DNA of 64,000 bases from Chrysemys picta bellii (GCF_011386835.1 NC_088807.1:26846001-26910000), one strand, 5' to 3'. Positions 8,891 to 21,500 are shown, counted from the stretch's first letter. Notes: a model not told the origin generated them from the sequence alone. Numbers and translations are program-made.

Positions 8891-10409
8891 CCCCCCCCGC
8901 TCTGGCTGTCATGTCAGGGACAGGTGGGAGGATAATCACATCAAAGGGCTGGGGTTCAGCAGCTCCAGCAGGATTAGTGAAAGCTGATGCCACGCCCCGG
9001 CAGCAAGGCGACATTTTGGGGGTGACACACCGGGGGGGGGTCACGGCTGTTGTAGCCGAAACCTGGAGGCTAATTCTACAAAGCAATGTGCGCTCCCCAG
9101 TCCGAGGGGTAATGGGGGGGGAGAAACACAGCAATGGGGGGCTGCAGGATCGGTTGGGGGCCTGGGAAGAGCGGGGAAGCCAGGGGCTGTGTGGCAGGAG
9201 TGGAGATGGGGTCAGGGCTGGGATGGGGGGTTGTGGCTTGGGGATGGGCTAGCAGGGGCTGTGGGGTAGGCTGGAGGGGCAGGGGAAGAGCAGGAGGGGC
9301 AGAGGGATAGCACTGGCTGCATGTCTGGTGGGGGGACATGTCTGCTCGTGACAGAGGCCTTGACTGACCCAGCCTGGCCCTTTGCACACCCAGGCCCACT
9401 GGGGAGACCCCATACAGATGGCAGGACCCATATAATGGGGGGATTGCAGCCATGGGGGGAGGCCCAGCTCTGGTCCCCTGCCTCTGAAAGCCTTGCCAGT
9501 GCCCTCCCTCGGCTGCCCCCCACCCCCAGCACCAACGGCCTCGTAAAGGCATTTTTAACGTTCCAGTCTCAAAAAAACCCTGCGGGAACAAGTGGCAGAG
9601 CCATAGATCTGTGGCCAGGGGGTGGGGTGGGGCGGCCCGGGGAGGAACCAGGCTAGTGTGGGGCCAGGCAGGACCAGAACAGGTAGCTGGGTGGTGCCAA
9701 ACACCCTCCTCCCAGAATAACAGAAATTGGGGCTGGGGGAGGGTCCTTGGCTCACTGCCAGGATCCTATAAGGAGCAGAGGGACCGAGCCAATTATGGGG
9801 GGGCATGTGTGGGGGGAGAGCTGGGCAGGGGTGATGGGTTCAAGCCTGGCTGTCTCAGGGGGGCTGGGAATGGGGCACCAGGGCCTTTCTCCCTTAGGGT
9901 GCCAGCTTGGCTCTGGCCCCTGGCTGCGCTCCTGGTTCCCAGCTCAGCCTGGCATGGTGCCAGCCCTGTTCATTAGCCCCCTCACCTGGCCAGACCCCAG
10001 ACCCATTAATAACAGCTCCAGCATCGTTAATGTCGCCCTGCCTGAGCCATGCCAAGACCCCAGCTAATAACACAACCTTGGGGCCTGGGGAGGACCCAGG
10101 ACTCCTGGGTTCTCACCGTGGCTCTGGGAGGAGAGTGGGGTCTGGTGGGGTGGAGCTGGGAGCCAGGACTCATGGGTTCTCTCCCTGGCTCTGGGGGGAA
10201 GTGGAGGTTTACTGGGTTGCAGTTGGGGGGGGGGGGCTGGGTTCATACCTCAGCCCAAAGTGCCTCAGTTTCCCCGGTGAGGGGGGGGTGCAGCCCCTCC
10301 CCCCCACCCACTCTCATTAAGGCAGGCCCAGCACTGTGATGTCACCAGCTGCAGCAGAAATGCTGAGTACAGTTGTGGGTCCTTCTCTAGCAATCTTGTT
10401 GGGTCCCTG

Positions 10410-10538
10410 NNNNNNNNNNNNNNNNNNNNNNNNNNNNNNNNNNNNNNNNNNNNNNNNNNNNNNNNNNNNNNNNNNNNNNNNNNNNNNNNNNNNNNNNNNN
10501 NNNNNNNNNNNNNNNNNNNNNNNNNNNNNNNNNNNNNN
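10410..10538. other. Assembly gap (N run)
   Basis: 129 N. Confidence 1.
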
Positions 10539-10974
10539 GCCGGGATGTGCGTGTCTGTTTCTTGGGGCTGGCCGGGGCTGGTCAAGGCCTGATTTGGTGC
10601 CCGGAGATATGAACGTGGTGTTGGGGGGGATGAGGGCGGGGGTGGTTGGGGAGAGGGGTGCAGGGCTGGGGGGGGCTGTTGGATTGGTGGCTCAGGGGGG
10701 CTCAGGGGTGCAGCATGTCCATCCCCACCCCCAAGATGTACCGCTCGCCTGCAATGCAAACCTCAGACATGTTCCAGACCCATCCCTGTCTCGTCTCCCC
10801 CCCCCACCGCCCCATAAATCTCCCCTGACGCGGATGGGGGAGGGGAGATGGTTGTGGCAAGCGCAGACCCCGGCTCGTAAAGATTAATTATGATCCACGG
10901 GGCTTTTAGCACATTAATTGCTTGATGCACAGTGACACGCGGCTGGCTGAGCCGACGGGGTGGGGTGGGGTGGA

Positions 10975-11195
10975 AGCTGGGATCCAGGACTCCTGGGTTC
11001 TCCCCCCAGCTCTGGGAGGGGAGTGGGGTCTGGTGAGTTAGAGCAGGGGGTCTGGGAGCCAGGACTCCTGGGTTCTCTCCCTGGCTCTGGGAGGGGAGGG
11101 GGGCTGGTGGTTAGAGCAGGGGGGGGCTGGGAGCCAGGACTCCTGGGTTCTCCCCCCAGCTCTGGGAGGGGAGTGGGGTCTAGTGGGTTAGAGTG
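10975..11195. repeat. GGGAGCCAGGACTCCTGGGTTCTC-family tandem repeat
   Basis: About 3 units. The same family occurs at ~10080-10200, ~17985-18070, 48915-49415, ~50185-50235 and ~57300-57370. Confidence 0.85.
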
Positions 11196-11654
11196 GAGAG
11201 GGGCTGTTTACACCAGAACCGGGCAGGCCCACACCTGGGTTCACACACCAGGGGCTGGCAAACCAGCAGGATTTCAAGCGCCCCAGGGCCTCGCCCCCCC
11301 CCCCCGCCCCCCAGCTTCTGGGGCTGGGCCCAGCGTCTCCGGGCTGATACGGCAGGACAGCGCCCTCTGCTGGGCACAAAGCTGTTCGGCTTAGAGCTCG
11401 CAGCAGCCCCCAGCCCCATGTCTATAGAAGAAACACTTGTATGCCCCCAGAGCTGGGAGAGAACCCAGGAGTCCTGGTATGGAGATGGAGGGAGAAGGCG
11501 GCAATTTATTTTTCCTTGGAGGGGACAGGTTAAAATGCCACCTGGAAAGGTGGTGGCGGTTGGTGTTTGTGGCCCATGGAGGAGGTGGGTAACTCGTTCA
11601 CTGAGGGCTAGGGCTTGGCAGGGTCCCATGTGGGTCAGAGCACATCTAGGAAGT

Positions 11655-11820
11655 NNNNNNNNNNNNNNNNNNNNNNNNNNNNNNNNNNNNNNNNNNNNNN
11701 NNNNNNNNNNNNNNNNNNNNNNNNNNNNNNNNNNNNNNNNNNNNNNNNNNNNNNNNNNNNNNNNNNNNNNNNNNNNNNNNNNNNNNNNNNNNNNNNNNNN
11801 NNNNNNNNNNNNNNNNNNNN
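11655..11820. other. Assembly gap (N run)
   Basis: 166 N. Confidence 1.
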
Positions 11821-12439
11821 CTCGTCTGTGGCCACCTCGGGCAGGATCTGATTATACGGGAACCACTCGCCCAGCTCTGGAACTCGGCCCCTCTGGGGTG
11901 GGGCAGGGGCTGGTTATACAGTGACCCCTTGCCCAGCGCTGACACACACACCTTATGGCAGGGCAAAGGGGCTGGTTATACGGAGACCCTTTGACCAGTG
12001 CTGAGATGCAGCCACTTCTGGAGTGAGGTGTGGGAACAGCTTCCCCCCCCTCCCATCTCCAAGATTCATTCATTGCGGGAGCTGGGACACTGGAGCTAGA
12101 TGGCCCATGGGGCTGTTCCTGGGGATAGGACCCCAGTGTCCTGGGCCCCTCCAGGGAGAGATCCCCACACACTTTTCTCCATCCCCCCCCGGGAAGAGTC
12201 CCCACTCGCCCTAGAGGACCCCCACATTATCACCACTTTGCCTAGCCCGGAATAATGAAGGGCTAATTAACAAACCCCCCAATTCCAGCCTCTCTTTGTG
12301 CCCCCCGCTGGAAACTCCCATCTGGGGGGGCTCTGCCCCACCTGCCACAGACCCCCCCTCGCAATGCGGGGGGGAGCTGGGTTGTGGGGACGGGCCAGGT
12401 GTGGATCCAGGCGGGGAGGGGGCAGAGGATCGGGGGCGG

Positions 12440-13500
12440 GTACCGAGGGGCGGAGCCGGAGGATGGATATAGTCGGAGGGCGGAGCCAGGGGCGGGTCCT
12501 AGCGGGGCGGGGGCCGGAGCCGGAGCCGGAGCCGGAGCCGGGGGGGGGGGGGGTGGATATAGGCGGGGGCGGAGCCGGGGGCGGGCCCTAGCGGGGCGGG
12601 GGGCGGAGCCGGAGGGTGGATATGGGCGGGGGCGGAGCCGGGGGCGGGCCCTAGCGGGTCTGGGGGCGGAGCCGGAGGGTGGATATGGGCGGAGTCGGGG
12701 GGCGGGCCCTAGCGGGTCTGGGGGCGGAGCCGGAGGGTGGATATGGGCGGAGCCAGGGGCGGGTCCTAGTGGGGCGGGGGGCGGAACCGGAGGGTGGCTA
12801 TAGGCGGGGGCGGAGCCGGGGGCGGGTCCTAGCGGGGCTGGGGGCGGAGCCGGAGGGTGGATATAGGCGGGGGCGGAGCCGGGGGCGGGCCCTAGCGGGG
12901 CTGGGGGCGGAGCCGGAGGGTGGATATAGGCGGGGGCGGAGCCGGGGGCGGGCCCTAGCGGGGCGGGGGGCGGAGCCGGAGGGTGGATATGGGCGGAGCC
13001 GGGGGCGGGCCCTAGCGGGGCGGGGGGCGGAGCCGGAGGGTGGATATGGGCGGAGCCGGGGGCGGGTCCTAGCGGGGCGGGGGGCGGAGCCGGAGGGTGG
13101 ATATGGGCGGAGCCGGGGGCGGGCCCTAGCGGGGCTGGGGGCGGAGCCGGAGGGTGGATATGGGCGGGGCCGGGGGCGGGCCCTAGCGGGGCTGGGGGCG
13201 GAGCCGGAGGGTGGCTATAGGCGGGGGCGGAGCCGGGGGCGGGCCCTAGCGGGGCGGGGGGCGGAGCCGGAGGGTGGATATGGGCGGAGTCGGGGGCGGG
13301 CCCTAGCGGGGCTGGGGGCGGAGCCGGAGGGTGGCTATAGGCGGGTGCGGAGCCAGGGGCGGGCCCTAGCGGGGCGGGGGGCGGAGCCGGAGGGTGGATA
13401 TGGGCGGAGTCGGGGGGCGGGTCCTAGCGGGGCTGGGGGCGGAGCCGGAGGGTGGATATGGGCGGAGTCGGGGGCGGGCCCTAGCGGGGCTGGGGGCGGA
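12440..13500 (+). repeat. GC-box-rich minisatellite at the FAM3A promoter/CpG island
   Basis: About 17 units of ~60 bp (GGGGCGGAGCCGGAGGGTGGATATGGGCGGAGCCGGGGGCGGGCCCTAGC), each with several GGGCGG boxes. Confidence 0.9.
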
Positions 13501-13509
13501 GAATCGGGA

Positions 13510-13600
13510 GGCGGGTTCTGGGGCTCGCTCGGCTCTTCCCTGCTCCGGGCCGCGGCCCGCCGGAGCCGGAGCTGGAGCCGCCGCAGGCAGGATCCGCCCG
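13510..13600 (+). other. FAM3A: Probable non-coding first exon of FAM3A (5' boundary approximate)
   Basis: CpG-rich unique sequence ending in a CCG|GTGAGC donor at 13601. The next acceptor is TTCCAG|15729, upstream of the ATG at 15791. Confidence 0.6.
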
Positions 13601-13629
13601 GTGAGCAGCGCCGGGGGGCAGGCGGATTA

Positions 13630-14396
13630 GGGGGTATCGGGGGCTGGTGGGGTGTGTGATAGTATCGGTGGGGTTGGGAGATGTGGGGGGCACACGGGGC
13701 GTATCGGGGCTACGGGGGGACTCTGTGGGGTTGGGGTACCCTGGGGGAGATAGGGGTCTGTGGGGGAAGCGGGGTGTGAGGGTATTGGGGGGCTGTGGGG
13801 TTGGAGTGCCCTGGGGGAGATGGGGAGCTGTTGGAGGAAGTGGATTGTGAGGGTATTGGGGGGGCTGTGGGGTTGGATTACCCTGGGGGAGATGGGGGTC
13901 TGTGGGGGAAGCGGGGTGTGAGGGTATTGGGGGGCTGTGGGGGTTGGGGTACCCTGGGGGAGATGGGGGTTCTGTTGGGGAAGTGGGGTGTGAGGGTATT
14001 GGGGGGGCTGTGGGGCTGGGGTACCCTGTGGGAGATGGGGGTCTGTGGGGGAAGCGGGGTGTGAGGGTATTGGGGGGCTGTGGGGTTGGATTACCCTGGG
14101 GGAGATGGGGGTAGGGTGACCAGATGTCCCGATTTTATAGGGACAGTCCCGATATTTGTGTCTTTTTCTTATATAGGTGCCTATTACCACCCACGCCCTG
14201 TCCCGATTTTTCACACTTGCTCTCTGGTCACCCTAGATGGGGGGGCTGTTGGGGGAAGTGGGATGTGAGGGTGTTGGGTACCCTGGGGGAGATGGGGGGC
14301 TGTGGGGGAAGTGGGGTGTGAGGGTATTGGGGGGCTGTGGGGGTTGGGGTACCCTGGGGGAGATAGGGGGCTGTTGGGGGAAGCGGGGTGTGAGGG
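13630..14396. repeat. G-rich minisatellite in FAM3A intron 1 (resumes ~15608-15670)
   Basis: Units like GTGAGGGTATTGGGGGGCTGTGGGGGTTGGGGTACCCTGGGGGAGATGGGGG, interrupted by a MITE and a solo LTR. Confidence 0.9.
14112..14235. mobile_element. hAT-type MITE (124 bp)
   Basis: TIRs TAGGGTGACCAGA...TCTGGTCACCCTA; 8-bp TSD GATGGGGG (14104-14111 and 14236-14243). Confidence 0.9.
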
Positions 14397-15607
14397 TGTG
14401 ACGGGTTCTGTGGCGGGGGGGTCCTTCCGCGCTCCCGGTTGTCGGGGCATTTCGGTGGCAGGTCCTGGAGTGAGTGAAGGACCCGCCGCAGAATTGCCGC
14501 CGAAGACCCAGAGCGCGGAAGGACCCCCCCGCCGAATTGCTGTCAAGGGCGGCAAAATGCCGCCCCCCCCAAATCCTGGTGCCCTTGGCGACTGCCTAGG
14601 TCGTCTAAATGGAAGCGCCGGCCCTGCCCCTGCCCCCTGCTCTCCCTGCCAGCTCGGGGCCCAGCCCCCTGTCCTGCTGAGCCAGACACGCCCGTCTGCT
14701 CCAACACAGACCGGGGTCTGAATCACTCGCCCCAAAGCTGCAGGTTTACCTGAAAACAGCTCCCAGAAGTGTTCCTGTCATTAACCCTCAGATGCCCAAC
14801 TCCCAATGGGGTCTAAACCCAAATAAATCCGTTTTACCCTGTATAAAGCTGTTTGCTCCCCTGGGTATTAACATATACTCTGAGTTAATTTAATAAGTAA
14901 AAAGTGTTTTTATTAAATACAGAAAGTAGGTTCCAAGTAGTAACAGACAGAAGAAAGTAAATTACCAAGCAAAATAAAATAAAATGCGCAGATCTGTCTA
15001 ACCAAACTGAATACAGACAATCTCACCCTCAGAGATGCTTCAGTAATTTTTTTCCTCAGACTGGACCCCTTCCCCGGTACAGCTCTTGTTCCAGCTCAAG
15101 TGGTAGCTAGGGGATTCTTCATGATGGCTCCCCTCTCTCCCTCTTTGCATAAGTCGGGAATCCTTTATCCCTCTCTGGGTTCCCACCCCCTCCTTCTCAA
15201 TGGAAAGACACCAGGTTAAAGATGGATTCCAGTTCAGGTGACATGATCACATGTCACTGCAAGACTTCATTGTCCACTTGCCAGCACACACGTATACAGG
15301 AAGACTCACAGGTAAAACACAGCCATCTGCAGTCAATTGTCCTGGCTGATGGGAGTCATCAAAATTCCAAACCACCATGAATGGCTCACGCCTTGCCAAA
15401 TGACAATAGGCCCTCGGAGTTATATTTCATATTTCTAGGTTCAGATACAAGAGTGGTACACTTCTACAAATAGGATAATCACACTCAGTAGATTATAAGC
15501 TTTGTAATGATACCTTACAAGAGACCTTTTGCATGAAGCATATTCCAGTTATATTATAGTCACTCATTAGCATATTTTATAAAACCATATAGACTGCAAC
15601 TGTCACA
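14397..15607. mobile_element. Gypsy-type solo LTR containing a 5'-truncated hAT MITE (~14412-14626)
   Basis: TGTGAC...TGTCACA termini; 5-bp TSD GAGGG (14392-14396 and 15608-15612). The inner MITE resembles 60531-60775. Confidence 0.85.
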
Positions 15608-15790
15608 GAGGGTATTGGGGGCCTGTGGGGGTTGGAGTACCCTGGAGGGGATGGGGGCTGTGGGGGGAGGTGGGTCACAGGATTTGGGCCGGTTCTGGAC
15701 TCTGACTGACCCATCACTTCCCTTCCAGCTCCGGTTCCTCTGGGCTCAGACTCCTCCCCCCCCTCCGCCGGGGGCCCCTTGGACGGTGCT

Positions 15791-18700
15791 ATGAGACTGG
15801 CAGGTGAGAGGCTGGGTTGGCTGTGGGGGGCTGGGTGTGGGCAGTGGGGGCGACTGGGTTGGATGGGGGGGTCGTACCAGTTGGGGGGGCTGGGTGTGGG
15901 TTGGATGTGGGGGCTGGGTTTGCAGCAAGGGGGGAGTGCTGCTCTGGGGGGGCTGCCTGTGCCTCATGTCCCGGCTCTGACCCCCTCCTTCCCTCCCCCA
16001 GGTCCCCTGCGCGTGGTCGTGATCATCCTCACCGCCGGGCTGACCTGGATCCTCGTCAGCCTCCTGCTGGGCACCCAGAGCGGCTTCTCTCGCCTCCAGC
16101 AGCTCCTCAGCAGTAAGAGCTTCCCCCCCTCCGCCATGATAGCCGGGCATCTTGTGGCAGGCAGTTCCACAGGGCAACGTCATCCACGGCTCTAGCGGCA
16201 GGGGCAGGGGTGCCCCCTGGAGGGATCTGCCCTTGGGATGGGGGGCCAGGGGCTGCAGCGCCCCCCTCTCCCAGCAAGGACACCCACTTGCCTTGTGGGG
16301 CAGGGAGTTCCACAGGTGATGACACCACCCAGTGCAGTGGCGTAGCCAGGTGGAGCGAACGGGGGGGCGGACATAAAAAAGGCGCCACCCCACTGCAGCG
16401 TTGTACTCACCGGGCGGCACTCCGGGTCTTTGGCAGCACTTTGGCGGCGGGTCCTGCACTCGCTCCGGGTCTTCGGCAGCACTGAAGGACCCGCCGCCGA
16501 AATGCCGCCGGAGACCCGGAGCGCCGCCAGGTGAGTACAAGAGCCACAGCGGGTGGCACCTTTTTTTATGTCCGCCCCCCTCCCCCACTTCAAAATTAAA
16601 AAGGCGCCACTTGTGCTCAGTGGGGGAGTGGCCGCTCCCCCTGCTCCCCCCCCAGCTATGCTACTGACCCCGTGCTATGGTACAAGGCCCTGAATCCTGG
16701 CGGGGTTGGGTGGGGAGATCTTCCCCTGGGGAGGACTCCTGCCCCCCAAGCAGTGAGGGGGGGGGGGGAAGGACATTGGGACCAAGTTCTGGACCCCCAG
16801 CGGGGTGGTGGGGGTTGGGCACACTGCACTGTGGGTCACCGCGGCTGCTCTTTCTCTCCCCACAGGCCCTGAGAACCCCCCCACGGCAGGTGAGTGACTG
16901 GTGGAGGAGCTGCTATGCGGGGGGCAGGGGGTCCTGGATGGCAGCCCAGTCTGGGGAGAGGCGGGGGGCTGGGCTCCAGGGTGCTCCCCGCTCCCCTCAC
17001 CAGCCCACTCTCTTCTTGCCCCCAGTGTCAGGCTGGGGAAGCTCGGCTGTGCCCCTTCAGGCCAGCGCTGCCCCCTCAGGCAGGGCGGGAGCCAGAAGCA
17101 GACACAACAGTGAGTCTCTGGCCTGGGGAGTTGGTGGCAGCGGCAGCGGGGTCTGGGTCCCAGGCCGGGAGCAGGGACCCTATGGCGGGGGGCAGTGCGG
17201 GTCTGGGTCCCAGGCTGAGAGCAGGGACCTCATGGCAGGGGACAGCGGGGGGCTGGGTCCCAGGCCGGGAACAGGACCCCATGGGGGGCTGTGGTGGGGG
17301 GGGGCTGGGTCCCAGACTGGGAGCAGGGACCCCATGGGGGGCTGTGGTAGCAGGGGGCTGGGTCCCAGCTACAGGGGCAGGGACCCCATGGGGGGCTGTG
17401 GTAGCAGGGGACTGGGTTCCAGGTACAGGGGCAGGGACTCCATGGGGGGCTGTGGTAGCAGGGGGCTGGGTCCCAGGTACAGGGGCAGGGACCCCAGTGC
17501 ATCACCCCAGGTGTCCCTACTGGCAGGGGTGGAGGGTGTCCCAGTCCCATAAGGTGAGGGAGGAGCACCCCCCCCATTTAACAGGTGACTCCCTTGGTCC
17601 CGTGTCCCTCAGCTCACGTTCCCCCACCAGTGTCCCCCTCCCAGGAGCACTTCCCCCCCATGGTGGGGGACATTGCACCCTTGACAGGTGTGGGAGCTGT
17701 CTAGCCCAGGGGACCACGGGGGGTGGTGTGTGACATGAGGGTGTCTTGGCGACCTCCCCACCATCTCCCCACCCCCCTCCCCAGAGCCGCGGCCCAGGAG
17801 GTATAAGTGTGGCCTCCCGCAGCCCTGCCCTGAGCAGCATCTCGCCTTCCGCCTGGTCAGTGGTGCCGCCAACGTCATCGGGCCCAAGATCTGCCTGGAG
17901 GATAAAATGTGAGTCGCGGGATTCGGGGCTCAGCATGGGGAGGTGAGAGAAGGCAGCATGCTAATCAGGGGCAGAACTGTGGGGAGAACCCAAGAGTCCA
18001 GGCTCCCAGCCCCCCCCAACCCACTGGACAGCACGTCCCTCCCAGAGCCAGGGAGAGAACCCAGGCGTCCAGGCTTTCTTGTGGGTGGTGGGTGGGCTGT
18101 TCTCACCTCACTTTCATTCCAGGCTAATGAGCAGCGTGAAGAACAATGTGGGGCGGGGCCTGAACATCGCCCTGGTGAATGGTGAGTGGGGGGGAGGGGG
18201 AACATTGTTGTGGTCTGGGTGGGGTGTGGGGGGGCTGGGCAGGGGAGAGGGTATGGTGGGGGCTGGGGAAGAGGGGGGCCGAAGAGGGGGTGGGGGCCAG
18301 GAAAGGGGAGCTGGCCTGGGGGAGGAGGGGGGCTGCGGCAGGGCAGGCTCTGACACTCTCTCTCTGGTTCCAGGGGTCAATGGGGAGCTCATTGACGCCA
18401 GGTTCTTCGACATGTGGGCTGGAGGTGAGAGGGGGCAGCACCTGAGGATGTCGGGGGAGGGGGAATCTGTGGGGGCTGCAGGTGGGAGACCCTGGCACAG
18501 GGGGTGGGGAGTCTGTGTGAGAGGCAGGAATGTGGTGGGGGAGGAGGGCTGGGGGTCATTGGGCGGCCCCTAAGGATGTTGTGGGAGAGGCTTGGAGGGC
18601 GGGGGGTATCCATGGGGGCTCCAGGTGGGAGACCCTGGTATGGGAGGTCTGTGTGACAGGCAGGAACCTGGGGGGAGGCTCAGGGGTACCCTGTGGGTCA

Positions 18701-19869
18701 GGGGGGCCCAGGCCTGCACTCACCCCTGCATCTTTCACCCCAGATGTCAACGAGCTGCTGAAGTTCATTCGGACGCTGCACGAGGGAACCCTGGTGTTCG
18801 TGGCCTCCTACGACGACCCGGCCACCAAGTGGGTGTGGGACGTGGGCCCAGTGGGGCTTTTCCCCTCTGGTGGGGGGAGGGGGTGCTAGCTCCCATCCAG
18901 CCCCAGGGTGGGGACTGGCTGGCTTAGGGGGGTGGGAGTGGGGCCTAGGGCCTCACCCCTGTGGGGGTGCTGGCTCCCATCCAGCCTCAGGGCCAGTGGT
19001 GGGAGCCCTGGCTGGCTTGGGGGGCAGGATATGGGACCTCTCCCCTCTAGGGGGCACCAGCTCCCATCCGGCCCCAGGGCAAGGACTAGCTGGCTCAGGG
19101 GGGTGGGGAATGGGATCTTTCCCCTTTGGCGGGTGCCAGCTCCCATCCAGACCCAAGGTGGGGGCCCTGGCTGGCTCGGTGCAGGGCCCTGATCCTCCTG
19201 CTTAGTCAGGGCTCTGCCCCCAGGATGAACGAAGAGACGCGGAGGATTTTCAGCGAGCTCGGCAGCAGTGTGGCCAAGGAGCTTGGCTTCCGTGACAGCT
19301 GGGTCTTCGTGGGGGCCAAGGGGGTGCAGGACAAAAGCCCCTTTGAGCAGGTGAGCCCCCCCACCCTCCCATTTCCCCCTTGCTGGGGGCCCAGCCCCAC
19401 TCCTCTCCCCGTCCCCAGCTGATTGCGTTCCCAAGGGCAGATCTGGGGCCAGGCAGCGGGTGTCCTGTCATGCCTGCAGAGATTCCCATGAGTGGAGGCC
19501 TCGGGGAGCGGGGGAATGGGTCACAGCTTTGGATGGGGGAAGAGGCTGGGGGACCCTGGGACTGAGAGGGGTGGAGAAGCTGGGGGTGTGGGTCACAGCT
19601 TGTGGGGGGGAAGAGGCTGGGGGACCCTGGGACTGAGAGTGGTGGAGAAGCTGGGGGTGTGGGTCACAGCTTGTGGGGGGGGGAAGAGGCTGGGGGACCC
19701 TGGGATTGAGGGGGGGTGGAGAAGCTGGGGGGCCCTTCTCTGCCTTAATGTGGGCTGTCCCCTCCCCCAGCACACCAAGAACAGCAAGAGCACCAACAAG
19801 TATGAAGGCTGGCCGGAGGCGCTGGAGATGGAGGGCTGCATCCCGCAAAGAAAGGCTGATGGCCAGTGA
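15791..19869 (+). CDS. FAM3A: FAM3 metabolism regulating signaling molecule A (230 aa)
   Basis: Exons 15791-15803, 16002-16112, 16866-16889, 17785-17908, 18123-18181, 18374-18424, 18744-18828, 19224-19350 and 19771-19869 total 693 nt. Translation [13 protein letters not shown]...[36 protein letters not shown]...[17 protein letters not shown]...[22 protein letters not shown] at 20356-20361. Confidence 0.97.
16335..16666. mobile_element. hAT-type MITE with long internal palindrome (FAM3A intron)
   Basis: Termini CAGTGGCGTAGC...GCTATGCTACTG; TSD ACCCAGTG / ACCCCGTG (1 mismatch); internal inverted arms. Confidence 0.85.
17140..17490. repeat. Intronic minisatellite (GGGTCCCAGG...GCAGGGACCCCATGGGGGGCTGTGG units)
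   Basis: About 6 degenerate units of ~55 bp. Confidence 0.8.
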
Positions 19870-20569
19870 CTCCCTACCCCGACACTGTGCTGTCAGCCCC
19901 ATGCCGGGGAGGGGGGCTTGCTCCTTGAGTTTGCGGGTGGGTCTGGCAGGGGGTCCCCTTTCTCCAGCCCCAAGGATGGGCCAGGCTGTTTCTGGCAGGG
20001 TGCCTGCCCCACTGATTTTCTCGCTGGTGGCTGGGAAGTCAAGGCCCCATCCCCTCTAAGTGCCTTATTCCCCCAGGCAGGTGTTAAGCCCAGTGCATTC
20101 CTTTCCTTACTGACGGTCTCTGAGTGTGGAGGGGCTTGTTCCCTGCTCTCTACCCTGGAATTATCCCCACTCCATGGAGAGCGATGCCCCCAGTTCCAGC
20201 CTGGTGGGGGTGGGGATCTGCTTGGGCCAGTCCCCCCCCGGTGTGGTGATTCAGTGGTGTCCCCCTCTGCTGAGAGGGGAAACTGCGCGGGGGGGCCTAA
20301 CTTGAAGGCAGAGGGGTCTGTGACCTCCCACAGCCTGAGCCCTCCATGGGGTCTGAATAAATGCAGCGCAGAGAGATCAGAGGCTGGTGTCCATCCTTGG
20401 GGGCTGGTGCGATGGGGGGCAGAGGTGGAGGGTGTCGTGGCCTTTCCTCTGCTAGACTGAAGAGCCTCTCACCTAATGTTTGTGCCCCACGAGGTCCTGA
20501 GAGAAGGAGATCAAGTCAACCCTTAACCTCTGTGTGAAGCTAAATAAACTGGGGTTTGGGCAACCCACG

Positions 20570-21500
20570 GGCAGAGGAAATTCAATGGTGATAAATGTGT
20601 AATGCACATTGGGAAACATAATCCCAACTTCTGTTAGTCTTAAAGGTGCCACAGGACCTTCTGTTGCTTTTTACAGATTCAGACTAACACAGCTACCGCT
20701 CTGATACATAATCCCAACTGTCCCTATAAAGTGACGGGGGCTAAAGAGATCTTGGAGTCATTGTGGATAATTCTCTGAACACATCCACTCCATGTGGGGA
20801 ATCATTAGGAAAGGGATAGATAATAAGACAGAAAATATATTGCTGCTATATAAAGCCACCGTACGCCCACAACTTGAATACTCTGTGCAGATGTGGTCAC
20901 CCCATCTCAAAAAAGATATATTAGAAAAGATTCAGAAAAGGGCAACAACAATTATTAGGGGCATGGAACGGCTGCCGTATGAGGAGAGATTAATAAGACT
21001 GGGACTTTTCAGCTTGGAAAAGAGGCAACTAAGGGGGGATATGATAGAGGTCTATAAAATTGATTGGTGTGGAGAAAGTAAATAAGGAAGTGTTATTAAC
21101 TCCTTCTCATGACACAAGAACTAGGGGCCACCAAATTAAATGAATAGGCAGCAGGTTTAAAACAAACAAAAGGAAGTATTTCTTCACACAACACACAGTC
21201 AGTCTGTGGAACAATTTGCCAGTGGATGTTGTGAAGGGCAAGACTATAACAGGGTTCAATGAAGAACTAGATAAATTAATGGAGGATAGGTCCATCAATG
21301 GTTGTTAGCCAGGATGGGCCGGGATGGTGTCCCTAGCCTCTGTTTGCCAGAAGCGAGGAATGGGTGATGGGATGGATCACTTGATTACCTGTTCTGTTCA
21401 TTCCTTCTGGGGCACCTGGCATTGGCCACTGTTGGGAGATGGGATATGGAGCTAGATGGACCTTTGGGCTGACCCAGTACGGCCGTTCTTATGTTCTAAT
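20570..21500 (+). mobile_element. CR1 LINE 3' fragment with a short Penelope-like terminal insertion (20630-20705)
   Basis: ORF 20792-21085 reads ...LYKATVRPQLEYSVQMWSPHLKKDI...LGLFSLEKRQLRGDMIEVYKI (CR1 ORF2 C-terminus). The insert is flanked by a 14-bp direct repeat ACATAATCCCAACT (20616-20629 and 20706-20719). Confidence 0.9.

Noticed and set aside
10265-11966. ORFs spanning the N runs
   Set aside because: They are open only because of assembly gaps.
16866-16889. 24-nt FAM3A micro-exon as a novelty
   Set aside because: It corresponds to the SPESSVTA segment of human FAM3A as recalled; an expected conserved feature.
19738-19770. CTGCCTTAAT near the last FAM3A acceptor as a U12 branch point
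   Set aside because: The donor is GTGAGC (U2-type) and the match to TTCCTTAAC is imperfect.
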